A stretch of 64,000 nt of DNA from Methanotrichaceae archaeon (GTDB lineage Archaea > Halobacteriota > Methanosarcinia > Methanotrichales > Methanotrichaceae): assembly GCA_963803145.1 (NCBI GenBank), contig CAWDLW010000027.1, positions 1 through 64,000 of the forward strand. The letters run 5' to 3'. Positions within the stretch are counted from its first letter, which is position 1. Every line of letters begins with the position of its first letter. A program made the translations under genes and the position numbers. Below, piece by piece: positions 54,523-64,000 of the stretch. Under the pieces are notes generated by a model, which had not been told where the DNA came from, made no database searches, and saw nothing but the letters and a program-made list of their open reading frames with translations.

Positions 54523-54963
54523 CTCCATCTTTTCTATCACATCCTAAGGGTAAACTATCAACCCTTTGCTGATCATCGTTTATATGCCGTTTTACGCGAA
54601 CCACATATCAAAGATTTCATAAATTGTAGGTATAATCATCAGAAATCTGATGAGGCATAGAAGAAAGGTTGCATTAGATGCATTCCCTTTTTAGGGGAAT
54701 ACCCGCTTAAACGGGTAATGGCTATTCCTTTCCTATGCCCCAAATAATAACCGTATCTTATGATATTTATTTTTGATGCTCACCGAAGATGCTTTTCCTA
54801 TAGGCCGCAATCTCGATCAAACCTCATTCCTTTTTGTTGCGGCCCATCAAACCTTTCAACGTTTACATAGCCCATGGGTTATCGAAAAAGGGGTTTAAGG
54901 TATGTCATATAGACTTCATATAAAGATAATTGATTTATGTCATCGCTATAAGCATTACTGATT

Positions 54964-55215
54964 ATGCGTCGATCCAATAGAACCAAGGAAGAAATTATCG
55001 CAAAAATCTTGAAGAATTGCTTAGCTGGTGCCAATAAAACGACTATAATTCATAAGAGCAACTCAAATTTTGCTGAAACGACTCCATATCTTAATTGTTT
55101 AACCCAAAGCGGATTAGTTACTATAATCGGATGTTTTCCTACAACATATAAAACCACCGATGAAGGAAAGGATTTTTTGAATAGGCTTAATGAGCTTCAT
55201 AAATTAAAGCCTTGA
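54964..55215 (+). CDS. Winged-helix regulator (HTH_45-like)
   Basis: Paralogous to 7095: R..EII..IL..C..GANKT...YL..L...GL..YKTTDEG. Confidence 0.82.
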   Translation: MRRSNRTKEEIIAKILKNCLAGANKTTIIHKSNSNFAETTPYLNCLTQSGLVTIIGCFPTTYKTTDEGKDFLNRLNELHKLKP

Positions 55216-55635
55216 TATAAATCGATAGAGGTATATCACCTATAGCATATTGAATTTTAACTATCATTCTGTTGCCGATCATGTTTAAAGGGCCTTTTAC
55301 GCAATATATTATAACCAACCTTAACAATATTCTGCAAAATATATCTAATTAATTTTGGCGCGAATTTGCGCACCTAATCGATAGGCGTAAATTAGGGCTA
55401 AAATCGTTAACAGTAGTGGCCATGATCCATATACACATTATTATCAAAATACTCTTTTCTCTACAATCACCAGGTAGTGTGACGATATTTCTGTAATTTG
55501 TCCAAGCTCTGTATCCTTCATTAGTCACTCATCATTCCAAGATAAATACTGTTAACTATTTCTCGTTGATATCAATTAAGATAGAAACACCTAATCGCAT
55601 GAAGGATTGAGCAAATCAGTATGAGTAAGAAAAGG

Positions 55636-55707
55636 TGCGGCTGCCGGGATTCGAACCCGGGTTACGGGCTTGGGAAGCCCATGTCATAACCGCTGGACCA
55701 CAGCCGC
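55636..55707 (-). tRNA. tRNA-Gly (CCC)
   Basis: Reverse complement GCGGCTGTGGTCCAGCGGTTATGACATGGGCTTCCCAAGCCCGTAACCCGGGTTCGAATCCCGGCAGCCGCA folds as a cloverleaf with anticodon CCC. Confidence 0.97.
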
Positions 55708-55994
55708 CTGTTTGGTACTGATTATTTGGTTTTCTAGATATCGATTTTGCCTTAATCCTCTGGTAAATCCTATTACAACGTAGTATTTAAGCATTTTCAC
55801 GATAAGTAGTACAATCCTGTCATCCTTTTTTGCAATTAGGGATTATGCATTATCAAGTCTAAACCTTCAACATTTGACTGAATCCTTATATAAGATGTTG
55901 GTGAGGTAAATCATAGCCTTAAAACGCATTATAAAGGCTTGATTGCTCAGGATAAGGTGAAATATATATATGTTTACGATAGTGAGGATGCTAT

Positions 55995-56249
55995 ATGAGT
56001 CGGGAAACGTCCTATTCCATCGATAAAGCTCTTTACCATAAGATAAGCGAATTACCAGGATGCTCAAGTTTGGAGCTTTCCAAAGCTCTTAAATGGCCGA
56101 TCAAGAAAATTAATGGATCACTTAAAAGACTTGAAACCAAAGGCGTCATAAAACTAAATAAAGAATCGCGATCAGGAAAGCAAATAACTATTGTTATTCC
56201 ATTGGAATGGCCCGAATTAGCTTTGAAACCCGAAGATGCAAAACAATGA
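55995..56249 (+). CDS. Small winged-helix protein
   Basis: PGCSSLELSKALKW..INGSLKRLETKGVI. Confidence 0.72.
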   Translation: MSRETSYSIDKALYHKISELPGCSSLELSKALKWPIKKINGSLKRLETKGVIKLNKESRSGKQITIVIPLEWPELALKPEDAKQ

Positions 56250-56693
56250 TACTATGTGATATGGCTCATCCTGACTATGGTGCATGAAGAAAGAAGACTT
56301 CCTCTCTTCTCCTACCTTGCAACCCTGACGGCAACAGTTATCTGTGTACATCTCTTCACCAGAGAACTCTATCGTCTGAGAATTTGTTCATGGACTTATA
56401 TTGGCTTGACAGAGAATATATTTTTTCACATGTATAAACTAATTATTCAGTTCTCAGTAATGATATCTCCGCCGACAGAGTTGTATAACAATTTATTTCC
56501 CAATAGCAGAATTTTTTTGATAGAACAATCGATATCATATACTCTCAATTAAATAACAGAAGATTGTAGGTTATACCCTATTAGAAAGATTATGGAAATT
56601 ATATTTATGAAAAACCGATAAAAAGGTTTATTAACCAGTAATAACAATGAAGCATTAATACGTATATCAAATTAGAATAATATATAAGGAGGA

Positions 56694-57704
56694 ATGTATA
56701 TGAAATTATTCTCGTATCTAGTGTTGATGTTAATGATCTCTTTCGCCTCAGCGGCTCCTAGCAGTGTAACAACAGGACCCTACAATATAACCTTTGATCC
56801 GGGCACACCCATGAACTATACCGTGGAGGTTATGCCACCCTATGAAAATGATAGTTATACCTCATACTCAGCCTCCATCAATGTCTCCAACACCAAAGCA
56901 GATATCATCATTTATGATCTGAAGACTCCCGAAGATGCAACTATTTCGACAGTTGCAGCGACGTATAGAGCAAACGTGCGCAACCTAAATAGTTCATCGG
57001 TTGAGATAGGAAAGATTGATGGAAAAGATGCAATAATTACACGTTACATAAACCCACAGAATAATAAGCAAATTTTAGGCGGCAAATATTGGGTGGATAG
57101 CCACAAAGTCGATGACAGTCCTCTATCAGAGGGATCGATAGAGGTCACAGTATACGCAAGCATGCCTCAGAATTCAGCAGAAGACATGGCCATAGCAGAG
57201 AGCATCGTCAACACATTGCATATTGTGAAGACTCAAGGTCAAGCTTCTCAGACAAACCAACCCGCTCAAACTGCTGTGCCGACTATTAGACCCGAGCCTT
57301 ACCTTAGTGTCCGGGATCAGAATGTCGAAAATAACGGCGGCAATGTAATAATCGATGGAGCTTATAGCAATGGTCCTGGCTGGGTAGTGATCTACAACGA
57401 GAGGTATGTCCCCTATTCTTCAGCACCTATGAACAATCCAATAGGCTATACTCACGTTGACGATGGTCTAAGCAATGCCGTCAAAGTCAAGCTGAATATG
57501 GCCCTGGTCACCGACCGGCTCTATGCAGTTCTCTTTAAGGACAATGGCCAAGTGGGCGCATTTGAATACCCTGGACCGGATTATCCTCTCAGTCTACATG
57601 CTGAAAAGATTTACTCCTTCAACTCCAAAACACCCCATCCAATGGATGACCTACGAATCAATTGGAGCGAACATGGATCTTCTCCCGATCCCTATTGGAT
57701 GTGA
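56694..57704 (+). CDS. Secreted/surface protein, two domains
   Basis: Signal peptide, many NxS/T sites; C-terminal beta-rich domain SVRDQ..GPGWVVIY..IGY. Confidence 0.8.
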   Translation: MYMKLFSYLVLMLMISFASAAPSSVTTGPYNITFDPGTPMNYTVEVMPPYENDSYTSYSASINVSNTKADIIIYDLKTPEDATISTVAATYRANVRNLNSSSVEIGKIDGKDAIITRYINPQNNKQILGGKYWVDSHKVDDSPLSEGSIEVTVYASMPQNSAEDMAIAESIVNTLHIVKTQGQASQTNQPAQTAVPTIRPEPYLSVRDQNVENNGGNVIIDGAYSNGPGWVVIYNERYVPYSSAPMNNPIGYTHVDDGLSNAVKVKLNMALVTDRLYAVLFKDNGQVGAFEYPGPDYPLSLHAEKIYSFNSKTPHPMDDLRINWSEHGSSPDPYWM

Positions 57705-57899
57705 TTCAAAACGAGTGCAAGAGTAAGAAAATGGTCAAAAGACTGCGCACCCTGCTGTATGCAGCGGGGCAGGCAATGTGCAGTCGCATGAAAATGAAAC
57801 CCAGGTCATCTGATCCATCTCTAAGTTGGATCCAGATACCTTTTACCCCCGCAGAGATCTGCGGGGTATGACATCTAAGAATAGGTGTGAGGTAAGATT

Positions 57900-59074
57900 A
57901 TGATGAACAGAACATATATCTGTATCATGGTAAGCTTCCTTCTCCTCGCTGGCATCGCCTTGGGAGGGCTGGACCAGTCAGGAGACACGGGAGCAAAGAA
58001 TCTGAGCATGGCTGATTTCAGCGCTTTAGGCGTAGGAGACAACGCTGGAAATGATATCGCTAGCGCTGGTGCCCCTGAAGTCGCTGCAACAGATCCTGGA
58101 ACTGAGCTGGCGGCTTACATTGATCAGGCTCCACCTGCAGCTGATCTAGAAAAGCCTCTGCCCTCCAGCATACTGACCAACCCGCCCCAATATATGTACT
58201 ACAATGGAAAATACCTGGCATGGAGAGATTTCTCGGCCACATTCTCCGGCAACCAGCCAGGATTATGGATTCAGAGAGCCGTTAGCTGGTCTTTGTATGC
58301 CACACTTCCCTTGGGCGGATGGACGCAAGAGCTGCTTTATGTGCCGACGGCTTCGCCTCTAACTATGTACGAGATTTATCCAGGCGGATATGTAATCGGA
58401 TATAATCTGGGATTTGTCAACCCGGGATACTACACATCTGGTATTATGCAGATTCACTTGGCCGGCATAGGAATGTGCTTGCCACATCCACCGGATACAG
58501 CAATTCAGTCATTATAGATGTATATTCGGTACAGCCATACCCCACGCCTATACGGCCCGACCCCAAGAGAGAATGTGAGAAGAATCCTAACTGCCAATGG
58601 GTAAACGGCCAGTGCATTTGCACAGATCCACAGAAGGAATGTGAGTCGAAGTCTTACTGTCAATGGGTAAACGGCCAATGCCTTTGCGTAATGCCGCCAG
58701 TGCCAGATCCAAAGAAAGAATGTGAGATGAACCCTAATTGCCAATATGTAAACGGCAATTGTCAATGTGTAATGCCGGATCCAGAAAAGATGCAATGTGA
58801 GAGCAATCCATTATGCGATTATGTGGACGGACATTGCTATTGCCGAGGGGCGAATCCCGAGCCTATGCCTGGACCAGTTCCAAACCCGAATCCTGAGCCA
58901 AACCCCGGACCATTTAATCCGGCCCCCAATCCTGTAGCTCAATGTGAACAGAATCCGAGCTGCCACTGGGTGGACGGCCAATGCCTATGCACAGGGCTGA
59001 ACCCAACCGGCGGTTCTGACGACTCTGATAATACAGGAAATTCTGCTACTACTGCCGAAGGACCTAACCATTGA
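57900..59074 (+). CDS. Secreted protein with Cys-rich repeats, split by a 1-nt frameshift near 58434
   Basis: 57900 ORF continues as IWYYADSLGRHRNVLATS in the 58475 frame; five CExxxxCx(W/Y)V(N/D)GxCxC repeats. Confidence 0.78.
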
Positions 59075-59220
59075 GAAGAGAAACAAAAAGCTGACGGTGT
59101 GCTCTGCAGATTAGTAAAGCATACCGATCCCATTTTATTTTATCGTAATTCTACACCAAATTCAAGATTTCTATAGAAGGCATGAAAGGCTTATTAACAT
59201 GAGGATCGAAGAAGGCTAAC

Positions 59221-59475
59221 ATGAGAGTGAATAACCAGGTGATGGTGGGTCTGGTAACGATCATCTGTCTCATCTCCCAGGGGTACATTTTCACATACAT
59301 CCTGAAGGTCGAGCCGAACACCATTGTATCCCTAATTCCGCTCATTGCCTTTGTAATATACATATATGCAAGAAACAGTATGAGCTTGTATTACAATAAG
59401 CCTCTTTACTGGATTATAGCAATTATCGCACTCACGCTGATAGATCTCCTGCCCTACTCGTTAAGGATCATATAG
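59221..59475 (+). CDS. Small three-helix membrane protein
   Basis: Three hydrophobic segments. Confidence 0.65.
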   Translation: MRVNNQVMVGLVTIICLISQGYIFTYILKVEPNTIVSLIPLIAFVIYIYARNSMSLYYNKPLYWIIAIIALTLIDLLPYSLRII

Positions 59476-59558
59476 ATAGTGGCGGCATAAGCAGCCAGCC
59501 ATCTACGCCAACAGTAGAGCAGAAATTTTAGCCAGGCTTTTATTACATTGGGAGTGCA

Positions 59559-59789
59559 GAGGGTCACGAATACCCCGACCTTTAGGTTGGGGATGAAGTG
59601 AACCCTCGCCCGGTTTTCATGTTTCTTAGATTGATTAACAAGGAATCTCTAGAAACCGAAAGCAAAGTTCCGATTGTTCAGATCATGAGATCTGGACAAC
59701 AAAAAATAGACAATTACTAGATTCCAGAAAACCGATCGGCGTGCGGCCCGAAGCATACCCCATCCCTTTAGGGTGGGGTGGCCGCACGC
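59559..59789. mobile_element. Non-autonomous IS200/IS605-like palindromic element
   Basis: Terminal hairpins containing ccccgacctttaggttgggg and accccatccctttagggtggggt; no ORF. Confidence 0.65.
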
Positions 59790-59862
59790 AGTTTGATTTT
59801 TACCGACATCAATAGATACAATCCCATAAATCTTTAATCCATCGTCACATCAGTAGTAATCT

Positions 59863-60492
59863 ATGCATTTTAAAGACAGAAAGGAAGCCGGCAGGAGGCT
59901 TGCAGAGGCCCTTGCAGCCTACATTGGAAAAGACGTTATTATATATTCTCTTCCCCGAGGCGGCGTCGTGCTGGGATATGAGATAGCCAAGAAGCTGGGC
60001 GCTCCATTGGACCTTTTGATTACTAGAAAGATAGGCTATCCGGGAAACGAGGAGTGTGCCGTCTGTGCGGTCGCTGAAGATGGCGATATGATATGCGATC
60101 GCGCTGGAGTGGCTATGGTAGATCCGGAGTGGCTCGATGCCCAGGCAAAAAAAGAACGTGAGGAGGCAGTGAGGAGGAGACAGGTTTATCTCAAGGGCAG
60201 AGAGCCGCTTCCAGTTGATGGCAAGATAGCAATCATCGTTGATGACGGTGTTGCCACTGGTCTAACAATAATATTGGCTATAAGAGAGCTGAAGCATAGA
60301 AATCCTCAGAAGATCATAGTTGCAGTCCCTGTAGCATCTGAACAGGCAGCAGAGATCATTCGCCAGGAGGCTGATGAGCTAATTGCCTTGGACGTACCTG
60401 CATATTTCGCAGCTGTTGGCGCATATTATGAGAGCTTCCCACAGCTGACTGATGCTGAAGTCGTCAGGCTCATGGAGGAGGCCAGCAGCTGA
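59863..60492 (+). CDS. Phosphoribosyltransferase family protein
   Basis: F.DR.EAGR.LA, LPRGGV, IIVDDGVATG, AVG.YY..F.Q. Confidence 0.92.
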   Translation: MHFKDRKEAGRRLAEALAAYIGKDVIIYSLPRGGVVLGYEIAKKLGAPLDLLITRKIGYPGNEECAVCAVAEDGDMICDRAGVAMVDPEWLDAQAKKEREEAVRRRQVYLKGREPLPVDGKIAIIVDDGVATGLTIILAIRELKHRNPQKIIVAVPVASEQAAEIIRQEADELIALDVPAYFAAVGAYYESFPQLTDAEVVRLMEEASS

Positions 60493-60888
60493 GAAGGCAG
60501 CAGTGTTGCTGCCGTCTTCGGGCGTTTTTATTACAGTACATAATATAGGGATATATTTTCAGGCTTTATTGGGATATGCTCTAATTTTACTTTCATTGAG
60601 ATATATAACCTATGATATACAAAATTGTTATTAAACTCATAAGATCTTTTTATAAGGATCGTATATTCATGTATACCTATTTATTGCAAGAAATATTTTA
60701 GGATCCAGAATATTGTATACAACCCACAGTTGTTTTTATTTGAGATTGGATAATTCTTAACTTAATTAGTGGATGATGTGTTATTAGTTAAGTTTCGCCG
60801 GATTTTATTAAAGATCAACGATGTGGTATGTTTTGCAAGATTTTGTAGATCTTGCAGGTAAAATGAATAAATATATAGGAGGCAAGTT

Positions 60889-61965
60889 ATGAGAGGTTTA
60901 ATATTAGCAGCCTTGGGTTTGCTGTTGCTCGTATCAGCAGCATCAGCAACAGGTAGCGGAAATGCAGTAATTTCTGAGGTGACACAGTCATCAACAGGAA
61001 CATGTATAGTAGGAGCCAACTTGGCTCAGGCTACAGTTCTGGATACCAACCTATTGGGCTGCGATAACTTAGTAGATCAGCAAATGTTTGTGACAGCTGA
61101 TGGTAACGACCTTATAGGCATGTCCAGCCTAATGGGTGAGGGCGGCGAGGGTGGCGAGGGCAACACAAGTGGTGAGGGCAGCGCAACTTCTGGAGAGATC
61201 GCAGATGAAGGCGAGTTCATGGGCATGAACTTCGTCCAGGGCGGCGAGATGGTATTCAACGCCACAGGATCCGATAACATCGGTTACCAGGATGTCGACC
61301 TCAATGCAAATGAAAACTGCCAGACATTCGGAAACTTCTCCCAGATGGGTATTCAGACAGCTGATGCTATTGGCTGCGATAATCTGATCTCCCAGGATAC
61401 CGACACCTATGCAGGAGTTATTCCAACGGCAGAGGGTGGCCCAATTGGCTCGCCCAACGACTTCGTAATGAGCAACACACAGCAGGCATCTCTCCTGAAT
61501 GTATGCACAGTAGGTGATGCAAACGATCTTGATCAGCATGCTGAGCAGGATCTCTTTGATAGCTGCGTGACCACATCCACACTCAGCCAGCAGGCTCTCC
61601 TCAACGCAGATGTATGGGGATGCGACAACACCAACGATGTTGAGGTTGGCCAGGGTGAGACAGATCACGGCCAGTCCTCTCTCCAGACCATAGACGACAG
61701 CAGTTTCCTCGGATCAGCTGTAGCTCAGGGTGTTAGCGAGAACGAGCAGGTTCTCGGAAGCGATAACGCCTTTGCTCAGTTTGGAAACACCTTGATCGAT
61801 GATAGCTGCTTCACCATGGGCACTGCATCCCAGAGCATTAGCGAGACATTTGCAACCGCAGGATGCGGCAACGCAGCAGACCAGGATGCAACACTCTCAA
61901 ATGTCGATAACTCCATAGTTGGCGGACGCCTTGCCCAGCAATCTACAATCGACACAAACCTCTAA
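60889..61965 (+). CDS. Secreted acidic repeat protein (curlin-like), paralogue 1
   Basis: GGAGG RBS, signal peptide, seven GxxNxxx(Q) repeats. Confidence 0.85.
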   Translation: MRGLILAALGLLLLVSAASATGSGNAVISEVTQSSTGTCIVGANLAQATVLDTNLLGCDNLVDQQMFVTADGNDLIGMSSLMGEGGEGGEGNTSGEGSATSGEIADEGEFMGMNFVQGGEMVFNATGSDNIGYQDVDLNANENCQTFGNFSQMGIQTADAIGCDNLISQDTDTYAGVIPTAEGGPIGSPNDFVMSNTQQASLLNVCTVGDANDLDQHAEQDLFDSCVTTSTLSQQALLNADVWGCDNTNDVEVGQGETDHGQSSLQTIDDSSFLGSAVAQGVSENEQVLGSDNAFAQFGNTLIDDSCFTMGTASQSISETFATAGCGNAADQDATLSNVDNSIVGGRLAQQSTIDTNL

Positions 61966-61982
61966 ATAAAACGAAGATAGAA

Positions 61983-62010
61983 TTAAGGCGAGAATCCGAT
62001 CTCGCCTTAA
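61983..62010 (+). terminator. Hairpin after paralogue 1
   Basis: ttaaggcgaga-atccga-tctcgccttaa. Confidence 0.6.
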
Positions 62011-62454
62011 ACAACTTTATTTAAGAACATTTGCATGATATCTAAATTTTTGGCGAAGCACTCTATTACTATTATTATCCTGAAGAAGGATAATTGAAGA
62101 ATGGCTATCTATACAGAGAATGTTTCTTCAATGGATATCTCTCATAGTCATCAAGTATCCCTTAAGCAACAATTACAGTTTGATAAAATTATAAATAAAC
62201 ATATACGTCTTCCCGAAATTATATCTGTTCGATTAATTATAATATTTGAAAAATTTAAAGAATTAATTGTCATCTATAAGAGCGGAAGATAAGTAATTTA
62301 TTTACAGGCAAATTGTACTTAACTCCTATATTGATGGCGTCTTCTTAATCAAATTTCTATTTATTTTTTAAATGAGTAAAGCTCAATTATTGATAGTGCT
62401 TCGCTATAATTCCTAGAACTTGTGAAGCATCTCGAAGAGATAAGGAGGCAAGCT

Positions 62455-63387
62455 ATGAAAACTCTAATAAAAATAGCCCTAGGCTTCTTGCTGCTGGTGT
62501 CAGCGGCTGCAGCCACAGGAAACTGGAACTGTGAGAATGTAAATATTTGTCAAGATGCAACAGGAAACTGTATCACAGGCGATGTCAATTTAGCCCAGAT
62601 AACAGATGCATCGTCGTTTGTCCTCGGCTCTGACAATTCAGTGGATCAGTGCATGGGCCTCAGCGCCGACGATAACTGCCTGACAGGCGTTGGAGAACAG
62701 TCCAACCTTTGCCAGAGAGGCGATTTGACTGCCAATGCAACAGGCTGCTATAACGATCTCGAGCAGGGAGTCGATTTCAGTGCCTACGAAAACTGCCTGA
62801 CTGATAGCAACATGACTCAGTGGGGCATGCAGGCGGGAGATGCCGTCGGTTCCTGTAACGATATTAGCCAGTATGCCGCAGCTGATGCCTGCGATAACTG
62901 CCTGACCATGAGCGATCAGAAGCAGATATCAGACTTCGAGGTATGCGCTACGGGCGATAGCAACTGTGTCGATCAGTGCCTCTACCAGGAAGCTTCGGAT
63001 AACTGTCTGACAACCTCCTGCCTCTGGCAGCAGACTGCCAAGGTAGTCGATATCCTTGGGTGCGATAATAGTGTCTACCAGGATAACAACCTCCAGTATG
63101 CAGATTATAACTGCATGACAGGCTCATTGTTGAACCAGGTAATCTGCGAGAATGCTCAGGTAACCGGCAGCTGCAACGAGGTTGATCAGGGAGCCTGCAG
63201 CGCGATGGAGACTGATGCATGCAACAACTGCCTGACCAATGCAGGAATGCTGCAGTCCATCAACAGCCAGGCCGTCGTAGAGGGCTGCAACAACTATGTC
63301 AATCATAATGTCTACCTCGACACAGATTGCAACAGTCTGACCGGCGGAATGCTGACACAGATGTCCACAATCAACTCCAACGACTAA
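62455..63387 (+). CDS. Secreted acidic Cys-rich repeat protein (curlin-like), paralogue 2
   Basis: GGAGG RBS before MKTLIK; seven GxxNxxx(Q)..NCLT repeats; about 25 Cys. Confidence 0.87.
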   Translation: MKTLIKIALGFLLLVSAAAATGNWNCENVNICQDATGNCITGDVNLAQITDASSFVLGSDNSVDQCMGLSADDNCLTGVGEQSNLCQRGDLTANATGCYNDLEQGVDFSAYENCLTDSNMTQWGMQAGDAVGSCNDISQYAAADACDNCLTMSDQKQISDFEVCATGDSNCVDQCLYQEASDNCLTTSCLWQQTAKVVDILGCDNSVYQDNNLQYADYNCMTGSLLNQVICENAQVTGSCNEVDQGACSAMETDACNNCLTNAGMLQSINSQAVVEGCNNYVNHNVYLDTDCNSLTGGMLTQMSTINSND

Positions 63388-63398
63388 ACTTGCAACGA

Positions 63399-63420
63399 AA
63401 GGCGAGGGTTTTCTCGCCTT
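63399..63420 (+). terminator. Hairpin after paralogue 2
   Basis: aaggcgag-ggtttt-ctcgcctt, same stem as 61983. Confidence 0.6.
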
Positions 63421-63759
63421 CAAAATTTATTTCTAGCATTTTGCAGTAACAGTTTAAAATTCATTAAATATCGTCTTCCAGATCTATCTACTTCTGAACT
63501 ACAGCATATTTAAGGATAAATTTTTGTACTTATTGAGATCCTAAGAACGATTACAAAAGAAAAAATATTCTATCGCGCTATTAGTAATATTAGATAAGTA
63601 TCTCAGTTACAATTAAAATTTTCTTAACTCTTGTATTGACGGCATCTTCTTAATCAAATTTCTATTTGTTTTTTAAAGGATTAACGCCCAATTAGTGTTA
63701 ATGCTTCGCTAGAGCTATTAGACCTTGCGAAGCGGTTGGGAAAAATAAGGAGGCAAGTT

Positions 63760-64000
63760 ATGAAAACTCTAATAAAAATAGCCCTAGGCTTCTTGCTGCT
63801 TGTGTCTGCAGCTGCAGCCACAGGTAACTTCAACAATGTGTACGTTGATATCTATGCAGAGGCAACGGGAAACTGTGTTTCAGGCAACGTTAATCTAGCT
63901 CAGATAACAGATGCTTCGGCGTTCGTCGAAGGGTCTTGCAATGATGTGTATCAGTGCTTAGGTACAGATGGCGAAGATGGATATGGCCTCTTTGCCGATG
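63760..64000 (+). CDS. Secreted repeat protein, paralogue 3 (runs off the window)
   Basis: MKTLIKIALGFLLLVSAAAATGN identical to paralogue 2; first repeat GSCNDVYQ. Confidence 0.85.
   Translation, partial: MKTLIKIALGFLLLVSAAAATGNFNNVYVDIYAEATGNCVSGNVNLAQITDASAFVEGSCNDVYQCLGTDGEDGYGLFAD

Larger units (their letters stand above)
51608..55676. mobile_element. About 4-kb integrative element at tRNA-Gly(CCC)
   Basis: 48-bp direct repeats 51608-51655 and 55629-55676 covering the tRNA 3' half; integrase next to one att. Confidence 0.92.

Noticed and set aside
1-64000. CRISPR array, cas genes, reverse transcriptase or DGR
   Set aside because: No regular repeat-spacer array, Cas motif, RT motif or adenine-specific variant repeat seen; duplicated fragments differ by mixed substitutions and indels

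Overview
Accessory-rich archaeal region, most consistent with a Methanothrix/Methanotrichaceae-type methanogen (MC1 chromosomal protein, PAS hybrid kinases, PKD-domain secreted proteins); the taxon is inferred. Left part: arsC, pstS, two PKD-repeat secreted proteins, nitroreductase, frameshifted Zn-ADH, then a rearranged block (pentapeptide/channel protein, HsdR_N-like nuclease, ABC exporter, IS110, partial duplicates of adh and the nuclease around a Zn-finger and a cyclase-like gene). Middle: signalling and stress genes (three histidine kinases, TPR, msrA, S53 protease, PadR-MFS, PLP decarboxylase, catalase, rubrerythrin). Right: decayed islands next to tRNA-Gly(CCC), with an OLD-family nuclease split by IS1 and IS66, a 172-bp MITE and a 4-kb att-bounded integrase element, then secreted proteins. 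Two best leads: (1) an archaeal IS110 whose 5' non-coding end folds into a bridge-RNA-like structure with segments matching both its reconstructed target (a REP-like repeat, with an empty copy 3 kb away) and its own donor junction; (2) a tandem array of at least three secreted, acidic, Cys/Asn/Gln-rich proteins with curlin-like GxxNxxxQ repeats, a candidate archaeal functional amyloid or sheath/fibre system. All calls are from reading the sequence; no database searches were run.
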